The notes under the pieces were generated by a model. The model saw only the letters and a list, made by a program, of their open reading frames with translations, was not told where the DNA came from and did not search any database. From Desulfatiglandales bacterium (GTDB lineage Bacteria > Desulfobacterota > DSM-4660 > Desulfatiglandales > Desulfatiglandaceae): a DNA stretch of 64,000 bases. The stretch covers positions 4,992,001 through 5,056,000 of the forward strand of contig OY759599.1 of assembly GCA_963662465.1 (NCBI GenBank). The letters are read 5' to 3'. Position numbers and translations under genes: made by a program. This document shows, piece by piece, positions 37,908 through 50,000 of this stretch; position 1 is the first letter of the stretch; every line of letters starts with the position of its first letter.

Positions 37908-38447
37908 TTAGTCTCGTAAAGGCATACCCAAATGCTTCAGCATAAAACGACCTTCTTCATCATTTCCAGCCGTAGTTACGATGGTAATATTCAGGCCTTT
38001 CATTCTATCAACTTTATCATAGTCGATCTCAGGAAAAACAATAAACTCTTTTATGCCAATGCTACAATTCCCTCTACCGTCAAAGACTTTACCCTTAATG
38101 CCCCTGAAATCGCGAACCCTTGCCAATGAAGCATTAAAGAGCTTATCCAGAAACTCATACATACGCTGCCGCCTGAGGGTAACCATGCAACCAATCGGCA
38201 TGCCTTCTCTAAGTTTAAACCCGGCAATGGACTTTTTCGCCTTGGTCACAACCGCTTTCTGACCTGCAATCGCACTCAACTCATTAACGCCGGCGTCAAG
38301 CACTTTAATATTCTGGATCGCTTCACCCAAGCCCATATTTAAAACAACTTTTTTTAATCGAGGCACTGCCATGCTGCTGGAATATTTAAACTCTTTCAGC
38401 AAAGCAGGCACCACTTCGGAATGGTATTTTTCCTTCAATCGAGACAA
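37908..38447 (-). CDS. rplE: 50S ribosomal protein L5
   Basis: [34 protein letters not shown] after GGAGGG. Confidence 0.97.
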   Translation of the reverse strand: MSRLKEKYHSEVVPALLKEFKYSSSMAVPRLKKVVLNMGLGEAIQNIKVLDAGVNELSAIAGQKAVVTKAKKSIAGFKLREGMPIGCMVTLRRQRMYEFLDKLFNASLARVRDFRGIKGKVFDGRGNCSIGIKEFIVFPEIDYDKVDRMKGLNITIVTTAGNDEEGRFMLKHLGMPLRD

Positions 38448-38561
38448 CGATTCACCCTCCAAGGTTTCAGGCTCCCTTCACCGGAACCTGAAAAACATTA
38501 GGTATCCCAACGGTGCGGACAGCAAGATTTAACACACCCTCTATCAATCAACAAACCCTGT

Positions 38562-38891
38562 TTACTTGTTTAAGGGCTCTCCGCATTTCTTACAAACACG
38601 CACCCTCGATCCATCTTCCAATACGCTCTTTCCGACACGCGTTGGTTCAGCACACTTGTCGCAAACGAGCATCACATTTGAAATTCTCAATGGCGCTTCT
38701 TTTTCGACAATACCGCCTTGTCCCAGTTGCGGATTAGGCTTGGAATGCCTTTTGATCATGTTGACCTTTTCTACAATCAACTTCTCCCTATCAACGTCAA
38801 CCTTCAAAACCGTGCCGATTTTCCCTTTTTCTTTTCCAACAAGCACAACGACTTTGTCGTCTTTTTTTATTCTTGGATGTTTTTTCCGCAC
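38562..38891 (-). CDS. rplX: 50S ribosomal protein L24
   Basis: IKKDDKVVVLVGKEKGK...GGIVEKEAP; GTG after AGGAG. Confidence 0.96.
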   Translation of the reverse strand: MRKKHPRIKKDDKVVVLVGKEKGKIGTVLKVDVDREKLIVEKVNMIKRHSKPNPQLGQGGIVEKEAPLRISNVMLVCDKCAEPTRVGKSVLEDGSRVRVCKKCGEPLNK

Positions 38892-38948
38892 GCCAATTAC
38901 TCCTGACCTAAAATTCCCTGGTCCCACAAAATAAAAAATCAACCGCCC

Positions 38949-39317
38949 TTAAAGAACTTCCGGCGCCAGAGAAATAATTTTCATAAAATTCTTACCTCTT
39001 AATTCTCTCGCCACCGGCCCAAATATCCGGGTTCCTACAGGTTCGCTTGCCTGGTTGATCAAAACCGCGGAATTATCATCAAATTTAATATGGGACCCAT
39101 CAGGCCTTCGGATCTCCTTCGCTGTCCTGACAATGACCGCTTTGGCCACATCGCCCTTTTTTACTTTGGAATTGGGCATCGCTTCCCTAACTGCCACGAC
39201 AATGACATCGCCTACATAAGCATATCGCCTTTTGGATCCACCCAAAACCTTAATACAGGTGACAACTTTGGCTCCGGAATTATCAGCTATTCTTAATTTC
39301 GTTTCAGTCTGTATCAT
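38949..39317 (-). CDS. rplN: 50S ribosomal protein L14
   Basis: MIQ...ADNSGA...[13 protein letters not shown]...SLAPEVL. Confidence 0.98.
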   Translation of the reverse strand: MIQTETKLRIADNSGAKVVTCIKVLGGSKRRYAYVGDVIVVAVREAMPNSKVKKGDVAKAVIVRTAKEIRRPDGSHIKFDDNSAVLINQASEPVGTRIFGPVARELRGKNFMKIISLAPEVL

Positions 39318-39351
39318 TTGCTCAGCTCCGATGGATCAATATCACGCAATG

Positions 39352-39621
39352 CTAATCCGCAATATTTCCCTTCTCGATAATATCAGCCACAGCCCATCTT
39401 TTACACTTACTAATGGGACGACTTTCAACAATTCTCACTTTATCACCAATACCGCAACTATTCTTGGGATCATGAGCCATATATTTGGAACGTTTCCGCA
39501 CGTATTTTCCATAGGTCGCATGTTTTGTTAGCCGTTCGACCATTACCAAGACGGTCTTATTCGCCTGATCGCCAATAACAGTGCCAACCATTTTTCTTTG
39601 CTGTCCACGCTCTGCCATCAT
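39352..39621 (-). CDS. rpsQ: 30S ribosomal protein S17
   Basis: KTV.V.VER...HD...GD.V.I.ESRPISK. Confidence 0.96.
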   Translation of the reverse strand: MMAERGQQRKMVGTVIGDQANKTVLVMVERLTKHATYGKYVRKRSKYMAHDPKNSCGIGDKVRIVESRPISKCKRWAVADIIEKGNIAD

Positions 39622-39630
39622 TACCTCATG

Positions 39631-39834
39631 TTATTTACTAACACCTGAAATTTCCATTTCCCTGATCACCGTTTTAACACGCGCCAAATTCTTTTTTGTT
39701 TTGGGGATCATGGCCGTGTTTCCAAGCTGTCCGGTCGCCTTTTGAAATCGCAAATTAAAGAGTTCTTGACTCGTCTCCTTTACACGCGCCTTCAGCTCCT
39801 CAACGCTTAGCTCTTTTAGTTCCCTGGCCTTCAT
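39631..39834 (-). CDS. rpmC: 50S ribosomal protein L29
   Basis: MKARELK...ELFNLRFQ.ATGQL. Confidence 0.96.
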   Translation of the reverse strand: MKARELKELSVEELKARVKETSQELFNLRFQKATGQLGNTAMIPKTKKNLARVKTVIREMEISGVSK

Positions 39835-39837
39835 AAC

Positions 39838-40248
39838 TTAACCTCTCCTGACGATGAATCTGGTGGCAAAAGGCAGCTTGTGCCCCGCAAGACGAAATGC
39901 CTCTCCCGCCACATCTTTCGTCACACCTTCCAGTTCATACAGGATACGTCCTGGCTTGACAATGGCAACCCAACCGTCCGGAGCGCCTTTACCCTTACCC
40001 ATCCTGGTTTCAGCCGGCTTCTTCCCAACAGGTTTATCCGGAAAAACACGTATCCAGACTTTACCCCCACGCTTGACATGCCGTGTCACCGCTATCCTGG
40101 CAGATTCAATCTGTTGCGAAGACATTAGTCCACACTCCATCGCCTGCAATCCAAACTCACCGAATTCAAGCGTACCCCCACGAAGTGCTTTTCCTTTAGT
40201 CCGACCCTTTTGCTTTTTACGATACTTGACTTTTTTTGGGCTAAGCAT
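39838..40248 (-). CDS. rplP: 50S ribosomal protein L16
   Basis: [22 protein letters not shown]. Confidence 0.98.
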   Translation of the reverse strand: MLSPKKVKYRKKQKGRTKGKALRGGTLEFGEFGLQAMECGLMSSQQIESARIAVTRHVKRGGKVWIRVFPDKPVGKKPAETRMGKGKGAPDGWVAIVKPGRILYELEGVTKDVAGEAFRLAGHKLPFATRFIVRRG

Positions 40249-40900
40249 CAGCTGTTCCTACTTTCTGTTTCTTCTCAGGTAAAATTTCACCCTTAAAGAT
40301 AGTTACCTTTACACCTATAACGCCATAGGTTGTGAAAGCCTCGGCAAATCCATAATCGATGTCCGCTCGAATCGTGTGAAGCGGCACTCGACCTTCACGG
40401 TACCACTCTCGCCGCGCCATCTCCGCCCCACCTAATCGACCACTACAGGCGATTTTAATCCCCTGGGCGCCAAATCTCAATGCCGAGGTAACGCTTTTTT
40501 TCATGGCCCTCCTAAACGCGACCCTGCGGACAAGCTGAGTCGCAACATTTTCCGCAACCAGCTGAGCATCAACCTCTGCTTTTCTCACTTCCTGAATATC
40601 GAGTATAACATCGCGCTTGATCATCTTTTCCAGATCTTTTTTCGTTTTCTCGATTTCAACGCCCTTCTTTCCAATCACAATGCCCGGTCGTGCAGTATGC
40701 ACTCTAATTCGAACCTTACTTGCGGCTCTCTCGATCTCAATCTTTGACACACCGGCCTGATAAACGCGTTTCTTCAAGAACTTGCGAATCTTATAGTCTT
40801 CATAAACAAAGGTGCTATAATCAGCTCCCGCAAACCACCTTGAATCCCAAGTCTTTATGATTCCCAATCTAAAACTGATTGGATGAACTTTTTGTCCCAA
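40241..40900 (-). CDS. rpsC: 30S ribosomal protein S3
   Basis: [34 protein letters not shown]. Confidence 0.98.
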   Translation of the reverse strand: MGQKVHPISFRLGIIKTWDSRWFAGADYSTFVYEDYKIRKFLKKRVYQAGVSKIEIERAASKVRIRVHTARPGIVIGKKGVEIEKTKKDLEKMIKRDVILDIQEVRKAEVDAQLVAENVATQLVRRVAFRRAMKKSVTSALRFGAQGIKIACSGRLGGAEMARREWYREGRVPLHTIRADIDYGFAEAFTTYGVIGVKVTIFKGEILPEKKQKVGTADA

Positions 40901-40954
40901 TATTCACCTCCAGTGTGTTCAAAAGAGCCTTTCGGTTAAACAACGACCCGGTTT

Positions 40955-41302
40955 CTATTTTTCATCCAAAACAACAGTTAAATGGCTGGTCCTCTTAAGT
41001 ATTTTAGTGGCTCGACCAAGAGCCCTGGGTCGCCATCTTTTCTGAGTTGGGCCCTCATCCGCATATATTTTCGAAATATAGAGGTTATCCACATCCATAT
41101 CCGTATTCTCCTGCACATTGGCTACTGCGGAATTAACCAATTTTTTGAGAATTTTGGCGCCTTTTTGAGGTGCAAAGGAGAGCAAACCAAGAGCATCTTC
41201 CACCTTTTCTCCCCGAACCTGCGCCATCACCAACCGTACCTTCTGAGGAGAAACCCTCACAAATCTTGCAACTGCCCTGACTTCCATATCAAATCTCGCC
41301 AA
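40955..41302 (-). CDS. rplV: 50S ribosomal protein L22 (start may be ATG 41287)
   Basis: RVSPQKVRLV...SAVAN...PRA.GRA..ILKRTSH. Confidence 0.97.
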   Translation of the reverse strand: MARFDMEVRAVARFVRVSPQKVRLVMAQVRGEKVEDALGLLSFAPQKGAKILKKLVNSAVANVQENTDMDVDNLYISKIYADEGPTQKRWRPRALGRATKILKRTSHLTVVLDEK

Positions 41303-41414
41303 TCTTTCAATAACCCGGCTGGGTTATTCAATTTGTCGTTTCTCAACGGTTCAATGCTTATTTACAGGCCGTCACTGTCCCACTCATCGCACGGGCGCCT
41401 CGTAATTCCCCGTT

Positions 41415-41696
41415 CTAGCCCTTCAGTTTACTTTTCTTGTCCCCTGCATGACCATAAAAAGTTCGCGTTGGCGCAAATTCCCCCAACTTATGACCCACCA
41501 TGTCCTCAGAGACAAATACAGGCAAAAATTTTCTACCATTATGCACTGCAAAGGTCAACCCTACAAACTCAGGAAGCACCGTAGATCTCCGAGACCAGGT
41601 TTTTATGATCTTTCGACTCATTGTTTCCGCTGCTTGTTCGGCCTTCTTTAGCAAATGCCCATCAACAAATGGCCCTTTTTTGAGAGATCTTGGCAA
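41415..41696 (-). CDS. rpsS: 30S ribosomal protein S19
   Basis: [10 protein letters not shown]...[13 protein letters not shown]. Confidence 0.98.
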   Translation of the reverse strand: MPRSLKKGPFVDGHLLKKAEQAAETMSRKIIKTWSRRSTVLPEFVGLTFAVHNGRKFLPVFVSEDMVGHKLGEFAPTRTFYGHAGDKKSKLKG

Positions 41697-41766
41697 AGCA
41701 CCCCCTCCTCTTCCCTATTTTCTTTCCAAATGTTTGGATCACCAACAACGTTGAAACCACAAGAGC

Positions 41767-42591
41767 CTATTTAGAGCGGCGTTTAACAATCAATCTATCA
41801 CTGCTCTTCCGAACTCTGGTTTTATATCCTTTGGTCGGCACTCCCCAAGGCGTTACCGGATGTCGGCCCCCCGAAGATTTCCCTTCCCCTCCACCATGTG
41901 GATGGTCCACGGGGTTCATGGCAACTCCCCTTACATGCGGCTTTTTTCCTAACCATCGCTTTCGTCCGGCTTTGCCGATTGAAATATTCTCATGATCAAG
42001 ATTACCCACCTGACCAATTGTGGCTTTGCAGGCCAAAGGGATAAGCCGCACTTCGCCGGAAGGCAGTTTAACCTGTGCATATTTCCCCTCCTTGGCCATG
42101 AGCTGACAATAGCTGCCGGCACATCTTGCCATCTGACCCCCATGCCCGATGTTAAGTTCAATGTTGTGGACATGTGTACCCAAAGGAATGCTTTTAAGGG
42201 GCAACGCATTGCCAATTCGGATCTCGGATCCCTCTCCTGACATTAATTTATCCCCAATAAGGAGATTTTTGGGAGAGAGGATGTATCGCTTTTCTCCATC
42301 CACATAATGAAGAAGTGCAATATTGGCTGATCGATTGGGATCATATTCAATGAAAGCCACAGTCGCCGGGATACCCTCTTTATCCCGCTTAAAATCAATC
42401 AGGCGGTAGGCTCTTTTATGGCCGCCTCCCTTGTATCTGGCCGTAATCCGACCATTTGAATTCCTACCGCCGCTCTTATTAAGCGACCTTAGAAGACTCT
42501 TTTCAGGCCTCTTTCGCGTTATTTCCTCAAAGGTGGAAGTGGTCTGAAATCTCCTGCCGGGAGATGTGGGTTTACTGGATTTAATGCCCAT
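41767..42591 (-). CDS. rplB: 50S ribosomal protein L2
   Basis: [26 protein letters not shown]. Confidence 0.98.
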   Translation of the reverse strand: MGIKSSKPTSPGRRFQTTSTFEEITRKRPEKSLLRSLNKSGGRNSNGRITARYKGGGHKRAYRLIDFKRDKEGIPATVAFIEYDPNRSANIALLHYVDGEKRYILSPKNLLIGDKLMSGEGSEIRIGNALPLKSIPLGTHVHNIELNIGHGGQMARCAGSYCQLMAKEGKYAQVKLPSGEVRLIPLACKATIGQVGNLDHENISIGKAGRKRWLGKKPHVRGVAMNPVDHPHGGGEGKSSGGRHPVTPWGVPTKGYKTRVRKSSDRLIVKRRSK

Positions 42592-42651
42592 TCTTTGCTC
42601 CGAATCCCAAGTTGAAATTACATACGTATTTGTTCATTATTTTAATAGAAA

Positions 42652-42939
42652 TCACATGCCCTCGAAAAACTCGATGTTTTCGCCCGGAGCAAGCTGAACA
42701 ATGGCTTTTTTCCAATGAGGTTTTCTGCCCATATGCTTTCCCATCCGCCTGCTCTTACCGCGCATGTTCATTGTTCGCACATCCAAAACCTTTATCTTAA
42801 AGAGGGTTTCAACGGCTTGCCGAATCTCAACCTTATTGGCCTGTCTATGGACCTTAAAGGAGACCTTGTTCGATTCTCCCTTTTGAAGATTGGCTTTTTC
42901 GGTAATGTGCGGCTCCTTGATCACTTGATAGATATCCAC
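42652..42939 (-). CDS. rplW: 50S ribosomal protein L23
   Basis: P.ITEK...ANK.EI..AVE.LF...WKKAIV. Confidence 0.96.
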   Translation of the reverse strand: MDIYQVIKEPHITEKANLQKGESNKVSFKVHRQANKVEIRQAVETLFKIKVLDVRTMNMRGKSRRMGKHMGRKPHWKKAIVQLAPGENIEFFEGM

Positions 42940-43562
42940 TAGGACCCCAATGCCTCCTCTATCTTCTCAATAGCAACCCGCTCCAAAAAAAGGCTGTCAT
43001 AGTTCAGGATATCATAAACATTCAATCCCTCATATCGCATAACCTTTATCCTCGGCACGTTTTTAGATGATTTTTCAAGGTTTTCCGATTTACCATGGGT
43101 CACAATCAGCGCCTTACGGACATCAAATTGATTCATCGCCTCAACAAACCTTTTGGTCTTAATTTCCGGAAGGGAAAAGTCATCAATTACGATCAGCTGA
43201 TCACACAAAACCTTATCCGACAAGGCCATGCGCAGGGCAGCTTTTTTCACTTTTTTTGAGACCTTCTGATCATATTTACGTGGCGATGGTCCAAAAGCCA
43301 CACCGCCTCCCTTTCTCGTGGGAGACGAACCACTACCGACTCTCGCCCTCCCGGTGCCTTTCTGCCGCCAAAGCTTTGCACTGGAACATTTTACGGCGGA
43401 TCTGCTCTTTACCGTCGCAGTACCCGATCTACGCCCCGCCAATTGCGCAACGACGACCTGATGAAGGACATGTTTCTTGACTGGAACCGAGAATACTTCC
43501 TCTTTTAATTCCACTTCCGAGACTTTTTCTTTCTGCAAATTGTATACGTCCAAGACAGTCAT
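42939..43562 (-). CDS. rplD: 50S ribosomal protein L4
   Basis: WRQKGTGRAR.GS...GGGVAFGP. Confidence 0.97.
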   Translation of the reverse strand: MTVLDVYNLQKEKVSEVELKEEVFSVPVKKHVLHQVVVAQLAGRRSGTATVKSRSAVKCSSAKLWRQKGTGRARVGSGSSPTRKGGGVAFGPSPRKYDQKVSKKVKKAALRMALSDKVLCDQLIVIDDFSLPEIKTKRFVEAMNQFDVRKALIVTHGKSENLEKSSKNVPRIKVMRYEGLNVYDILNYDSLFLERVAIEKIEEALGS

Positions 43563-43657
43563 TCGAGGCCTCTGCCTGCATGATTTATTTGAAAAACTAA
43601 AAAATTATCGCTCATTTCTTAAATGATCTGATCCGACCCAGCCATACAATCGTCAGC

Positions 43658-44281
43658 CTACGGCACCTTGAAAATTTCCAAAAGGCTCCCAGGTGCGCCG
43701 GGAACAGATCCCTTAAGTAGTAAAACGTCCATTTCAGGCCTGACATCAACCACTTTCAAATTTTTTGTTGTCACATGGGAAAACCCCATCCTACCCGGCA
43801 TTTTCCGACCTTTTGTGATTTTGGCTGGCGTAGCACTGCACCCAACTGACCCGGGGACCCGATGAGACCGAGATCCATGGGTTTTCATCCCACCGGAAAA
43901 CCCCCATCGCTTCATGACGCCTGCAAACCCCCGGCCCTTGCTTTTCCCCCGAACATGAACAGTATCGCCAATGGAAAAGATATCGGACTTAATCTCCTGA
44001 CCCAGCTCAAACAGGTCAACATCGTCAACTCTCACCTCGTTCAGGTAGGTAAAGCATGTTCCGCCGGACATCTTGAAGTGCCCTTTCAAAGGCTTGTTGG
44101 TTCGCCCCTCAGCTTTGGGACCATAACCGATTTGGATGGCATTGTAGCCTTCCTTTTCATGGGTCTTCTTCTGAGTCACGACACAGGGCCCTATTTTAAC
44201 GACACTCACCGCTTCGCTGCTCCCTCCTTCGAGGAAGTATCTTGTCATACCAATTTTTTTGCCAAAAAGCTTATTGACCAT
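43658..44281 (-). CDS. rplC: 50S ribosomal protein L3
   Basis: GKKIGMT, SKGRGFAG.MKRW, HR.PGS.G, KMPGRMG. Confidence 0.97.
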   Translation of the reverse strand: MVNKLFGKKIGMTRYFLEGGSSEAVSVVKIGPCVVTQKKTHEKEGYNAIQIGYGPKAEGRTNKPLKGHFKMSGGTCFTYLNEVRVDDVDLFELGQEIKSDIFSIGDTVHVRGKSKGRGFAGVMKRWGFSGGMKTHGSRSHRVPGSVGCSATPAKITKGRKMPGRMGFSHVTTKNLKVVDVRPEMDVLLLKGSVPGAPGSLLEIFKVP

Positions 44282-44381
44282 AAGAATCAAACTCCAATAT
44301 CACCTTCCACAACTTCCACAATCCTTGCCCCTGAATCGTCCAAGGGAGAAAAAGTAGGCTACACTCAATCGTGATTAATTG

Positions 44382-44693
44382 CTACAGTTTAATCTCCACA
44401 TCCACGCCGGCCGCCAAATCAAGCTTCATGAGCGAATCAACCGTCTGCTGCGTCGGTTCCAATATATCCATTACCCGCTTATGGGTCCTTATTTCAAATT
44501 GTTCTCTCGACTTTTTGTTAACGTGAGGAGATCTAAGTACGCAAAATTTATTGATTACCGTAGGCAAAGGAATCGGTCCAGCCACCCTTGCGCCTGTCTC
44601 CCTTGCGGTCTCGACGATTTCCAAAGCGGCGCGATCCAGTAATTTATAATCATATGCTTTCAAGCGGATCCGGATTTTTTGGTTGGTTAGCAT
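44382..44693 (-). CDS. rpsJ: 30S ribosomal protein S10
   Basis: IRIRLKAYD...GPIPLPT...[14 protein letters not shown]. Confidence 0.98.
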   Translation of the reverse strand: MLTNQKIRIRLKAYDYKLLDRAALEIVETARETGARVAGPIPLPTVINKFCVLRSPHVNKKSREQFEIRTHKRVMDILEPTQQTVDSLMKLDLAAGVDVEIKL

Positions 44694-44704
44694 TCGCCAC
44701 TCCC

Positions 44705-45898
44705 TTATTCAATAATTTCGCTGATAACACCGGCCCCGACTGTCCTGCCGCCCTCGCGAATGGCAAAGCGCAGTTCCTTTTCCATGGCAATGGGCGTAAT
44801 CAAAACAACCTCCATGGACACATTGTCCCCCGGCATCACCATCTCCACGCCTTCCGGAAGCGTCGTCACGCCGGTCACATCCGTCGTCCTGAAATAAAAC
44901 TGAGGGCGATATCCATTAAAGAACGGCGTGTGCCTGCCGCCCTCCTCTTTCGTCAAGATATAGGCTTCCGCTTTAAACTTCGTATGGGGCTTAATGGACC
45001 CGGGTTTTGCCACCACCTGCCCACGTTCCACCTCATCACGTTTTGTACCGCGAATCAAAACACCGATATTGTCGCCCGCCAGGCCCTGATCCAGAATCTT
45101 CCGAAACATCTCAACACCGGTACAAACCGTTTTCATGGTGTCTTTGATCCCGACAATCTCGACTTCGTCGCCCACCTTTACGATGCCCCGTTCCACACGG
45201 CCCGTCACGACGGTTCCCCGGCCCGAAATGCTGAATACGTCTTCAATGGGCATCAAGAACGGTTTATCCGTGTCGCGCACCGGTTCAGGAATGTATTCAT
45301 CAATGGCATCCATCAATTCAAAGATAGGCTTAACATCCTCCGAATCCGATTCTTCCGCTTCAAGGGCCTTTAAGGCGCTCCCTTTGATGATTGGAATATC
45401 ATCACCAGGAAACTCATACTTGCTCAGCAGCTCTCGCATCTCAAGCTCAACCAGCTCAATAAGCTCTTCGTCGTCCACCATGTCGCATTTATTCAGGAAA
45501 ACCACCATGCTGGGAACACCCACCTGCCGGGCCAGCAATATATGTTCCCGTGTCTGGGGCATGGGGCCGTCGTCGGCGCCAACCACCAAAATAGCGCCGT
45601 CCATCTGGGCAGCGCCCGTAATCATATTCTTGATATAATCCGCATGGCCCGGACAATCCACATGGGCATAATGACGTTTGTCCGTCTCATACTCAACGTG
45701 GGCCGTTGCAATGGTAATTCCCCTGGCCTTTTCCTCCGGGGCTTTATCAATCTGATCAAAGGGAATAAATGTCGACATCCCTTTTTTGGCCAGGTGTTTC
45801 GTGATCGCCGCGGTCAGGGTCGTTTTGCCATGATCAATATGGCCGATGGTTCCCACGTTTAAATGCGGCTTTGTCCTCTCAAATTTCATTTTGGCCAT
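44705..45898 (-). CDS. tuf: elongation factor Tu (str-operon copy)
   Basis: [28 protein letters not shown]. Confidence 0.99.
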   Translation of the reverse strand: MAKMKFERTKPHLNVGTIGHIDHGKTTLTAAITKHLAKKGMSTFIPFDQIDKAPEEKARGITIATAHVEYETDKRHYAHVDCPGHADYIKNMITGAAQMDGAILVVGADDGPMPQTREHILLARQVGVPSMVVFLNKCDMVDDEELIELVELEMRELLSKYEFPGDDIPIIKGSALKALEAEESDSEDVKPIFELMDAIDEYIPEPVRDTDKPFLMPIEDVFSISGRGTVVTGRVERGIVKVGDEVEIVGIKDTMKTVCTGVEMFRKILDQGLAGDNIGVLIRGTKRDEVERGQVVAKPGSIKPHTKFKAEAYILTKEEGGRHTPFFNGYRPQFYFRTTDVTGVTTLPEGVEMVMPGDNVSMEVVLITPIAMEKELRFAIREGGRTVGAGVISEIIE

Positions 45899-45977
45899 TT
45901 TCGTGCCCTCCTGCATGATAGTCAGTCAACATATGAACTGTAATGAATTCGCCGCCTGCCATCAATTTATTCTTTAG

Positions 45978-46448
45978 TTACCAGCGATAATGAGCGAAAG
46001 CCTTGTTTGCTTCAGCCATTCTGTGAGTATCTTCACGCTTTTTAATGGATGCTCCCCGCTCGCTTGCCGCATCCATCAGCTCGCCGGCCAGTTTTATCGC
46101 CATGGTTTTTTCACCTCTCCCTGTGGCGAAGCCGATTATCCACCGCATGCTGAGTGCCTGTCGCCTGGCCGGTCGCACTTCGGTCGGGACCTGGTATGTG
46201 GACCCTCCCACCCGTCGGGATTTCACTTCTACAGCGGGCCTCACATTTTCAAGGGCGGCTTGAAAAACGGACAACGGATCTTTTTTTGTTTTGTCTTCTA
46301 TGATGCCAAAGGCCTCATAAAGAATCGCCTGAGCCGTACTTTTCTTCCCTTTACTCATCAAGTTATTAATAAATTTAGCCGCAAGCACACTGTTATATTT
46401 GGGATCGGGTTTGATTTCCCTTTTGACCCCCACTCTCTTTCTGGACAT
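45978..46448 (-). CDS. rpsG: 30S ribosomal protein S7
   Basis: [15 protein letters not shown]...[13 protein letters not shown]. Confidence 0.98.
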   Translation of the reverse strand: MSRKRVGVKREIKPDPKYNSVLAAKFINNLMSKGKKSTAQAILYEAFGIIEDKTKKDPLSVFQAALENVRPAVEVKSRRVGGSTYQVPTEVRPARRQALSMRWIIGFATGRGEKTMAIKLAGELMDAASERGASIKKREDTHRMAEANKAFAHYRW

Positions 46449-46565
46449 AAAAAATCTCCGAAATGCAGGTAGGTTTTTCTTTTAACACCGCCAAAGCAGA
46501 TCAAGACCTGTTTACTCAGCGGGTTTATTCGGCGTTACCTCGCGTTATGTCAGCTGATCACTGCA

Positions 46566-46958
46566 TTATGAACCGCTTGCCCGAAGACCCTTTGGCTTTT
46601 TTGCGCCATATTTGGATCGCCCTTTACGACGGTCATCAACCCCTGTGGTATCCATGGTACCTCTCACCACATGATATCTGACACCGGGTAAATCCTTAAC
46701 TCGACCGCCCCTTATCAAAACCACTGAATGCTCCTGAAGGTTATGTCCCATTCCTGGAATATAGGAAGTCACCTCAAGCCCATTTGTCAACCTGACTCTG
46801 GCAACCTTTCTCAGCGCGGAATTCGGCTTTTTAGGCGTTGACGTATAAACACGAACACACACGCCCCTTTTTTGAGGAGCACCCTGCAGAGCGGGCGTCG
46901 TAGCTTTCCTTCTTGACTTACGGCGGCCCTTTCTAACAAGCTGGTTAATGGTCGGCAT
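46566..46958 (-). CDS. rpsL: 30S ribosomal protein S12
   Basis: [33 protein letters not shown]. Confidence 0.99.
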   Translation of the reverse strand: MPTINQLVRKGRRKSRRKATTPALQGAPQKRGVCVRVYTSTPKKPNSALRKVARVRLTNGLEVTSYIPGMGHNLQEHSVVLIRGGRVKDLPGVRYHVVRGTMDTTGVDDRRKGRSKYGAKKPKGLRASGS

Positions 46959-47030
46959 GAAATCTCCTTCGTTGTTGCTTAATCACAAACGCTTAAAAAA
47001 AATATATTTTCTTAAACCACAAAATTCTTT

Positions 47031-47059
47031 TTTATATTCGCTTTATTGTTCTTTGTCAA
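47031..47059 (-). promoter_or_regulatory. sigma70 promoter of the rpsL (str/S10) operon
   Basis: TTGACA-17 nt-TATAAA on the minus strand between rpoC and rpsL. Confidence 0.75.
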
Positions 47060-47086
47060 GACAATTTACAAGGCTAACCAAAAAAA

Positions 47087-50000
47087 CTATCCCGCGACAC
47101 CGATCTCAATATTCCGATAGGACTCAAGACCCGTGCCGGCTGGTATCAAGCGTCCCATGATCACGTTTTCCTTGAGACCTTTCAGCATATCCACTTTCCC
47201 GGCGATACTCGCTTCAGACAAAACCTTGGTGGTTTCCTGAAATGACGCCGCCGAAATAAAACTCTCCGTATTAAGAGAGGCTTTGGTGATCCCTAACAGA
47301 AGGGACTCAGCACTGGCAGGCTGTTTTCCCTGCGCAATCAATTTATTGTTCTCCTCCTGGAAACGCCATTTTTCAACACTCTCCGCCAAAAGAAAACCTG
47401 AGTCGCCAACATCGGTAACACTCACCTGTCTGACCATCTGGCGAACAATGACTTCAATATGCTTATCGTTAATTCTAACCCCCTGGAGGCGGTATACCTC
47501 CTGAACCTCGTTCACAAGGTATTTGGCAAGCTCTTTTAGCCCCCTGATTTTCAAAATATCGTGAGGATCGGCGGAACCATCCATGAGCGCCTCTCCCGCA
47601 CGCACATAATCACCTTCCAGAACACTGACATGCTTTCCCCTTGGCACGAAATAAGTCACGGCATCGCCCACGTCAGGCGTGACGATCATTTTTCTTTTAC
47701 CCTTGGTATTTTTACCGAAAGAAACCATCCCGTCGATTTCGGTGATAATAGCAGTCTCCTTGGGCTTCCGCACTTCAAAAAGTTCCGCAACACGGGGCAG
47801 ACCACCTGTAATATCCTTCGTTTTGGTGGTTTCCCGAGGGATCTTGGCCAACACGGCGCCCGCGCCCACCATATCCCCCTCATTGACCATAATGACCGCC
47901 CCAACAGGCAACTGATAACGCCCCTTGCCTTTTACACTTCCTGGAAGGTCCGCCGTTTTTCCAGAGCTGTCTTTGATTGAAATGCGAGGCCTCACATCCG
48001 CATCCCGTGATTCCACGATAACACGACTGATTTTTCCCGTCACCGTGTCCCGCTTCTCTTTCATGGTCCGATCTTCAATAATATCCCCGAATTTCAAAAC
48101 ACCCGACACTTCCGTTACAATGGGAATAGTAAAAGGGTCCCACTCGGCCAAAACTTGCGAGGGTTCTACGTTTTGCCCGTCCACCACTTTCAGGGAGGCG
48201 CCGTAGATAATTGGATACCGCTCAACTTCCCGACCGCCTTTCCCCAGAATGGCCATTTCACCATTGCGATTCATGGCAACAAGATCCCCGCTGACATTTG
48301 CGACGGTCTTGAGATCAATAAATTTCACTTCTCCCGGATTACGTGCCTGAACCGTCGATTGCTCGACCCGCCGGCTTGCCGTACCCCCAATATGAAAAGT
48401 TCTCATGGTTAACTGGGTCCCCGGTTCACCAATGGACTGTGCGGCGATGACACCCACCGCCTCCCCCAAATTCACTTCATGTCCATGCGCCAAATCACGG
48501 CCATAGCATTTTTTACAAACCCCCCTGCGAGCCTCACAGGTCAGAACAGAGCGGATCCTGACTTTTTCAATGCCGGCCCTTTCAACCAGTTCAACCTCTT
48601 CTTCATTGATGGCCTGGTTAGCGCGAACCAACACCTCCCCCGTCACGGGATCCTGGATATCATCACTGGCAACACGTCCGAGAATTCTCTCTCCTACCCG
48701 TTGAAGGATTTCGCCCCCTTCCAGCAGAGATTCCACCCAGATGCCATCAATAGTGCCGCAATCAGTCTCAGTAATGATGGCCTCCTGAGAAACATCAACA
48801 AGACGGCGAGTCAAATATCCTGAATTAGCGGTTTTCAAAGCGGTATCCGCAAGGCCTTTTCTAGCCCCATGGGTAGAAATAAAATATTGCAGTACAGTCA
48901 ATCCTTCCCGGAAATTCGACGTAATGGGTGTTTCAATAATCTCACCCGATGGCTTCGCCATCAGACCTCTCATCCCGGCTAACTGCCGCATCTGGTCCTT
49001 TGAGCCCCTGGCGCCGGAATCAGACATCATATAAACAGCATTAAAACTGCTGACGTCGGTTGGACCGGACAAAGGGCTGTCAATCCGTTCGACGGCCATC
49101 TCCTTCATCATTTCAGTGGCCACATTTTCCGTGGATTGCGCCCAGATATCAACGACCTTGTTGTATTTTTCACCTGAAGTAATTAGACCGTCCACATACT
49201 GATCTTCAATCTTTTTGACTTCACTTTCGGCCTCGCTGATAATCGTTCCCTTATTCGCTGGAATCACCATGTCCTTCATAGCAATGGAAATACCGGAAAG
49301 GGTCGCATATTTATAGCCAAGATCCTTGAGGCGATCCGCCAGAATAACCGTGGCCTTAATCCCCGCTTTTCGGTGAGACTCGTTAATGAGATGCCTAAGG
49401 GCTTTCTTAGTCATGATTTTGTTGACAAGATCAAAAGACAAGGATTTGTCGGGAATAATCTCATAAAGGATGACCCGACCCGTCGTGGTTTCCCATATTT
49501 TTCCTTCCATCCTGACTTTAATGGTCGCATGCAGATCAAGTTCGCCAGCATCATAAGCAACACGAAGCTCCTGAGGGCTTGAAAAGGTTTTGCCTTCCCC
49601 TTTCGTATGTTTTTCCCGGGTTGAAGGCCTTTCCCGGGTCATATAATAGATACCCAAAACAATATCCTGGCTCGGAACAATAATGGGATCGCCATTGGCG
49701 GGGGACAGGATATTGTTGGTGGACATCATCAACACCCTGGCCTCAATCTGGGCTTCAATGGATAGCGGAATGTGAACAGCCATCTGATCACCGTCAAAAT
49801 CAGCGTTAAAAGCCGTACAAACCAGAGGGTGCAGCTGAATCGCCTTTCCCTCAATCAAAGTCGGCTCAAAAGCCTGCATCCCCAGGCGATGCAGTGTCGG
49901 GGCCCGATTCAACATAATACAGTATTCTCTTACCACTTCGTCCAGTGAGTCCCAAACCTCCGGCGTTTCTCGTTCTACCATCTTCTTAGCGCTTTTGATG

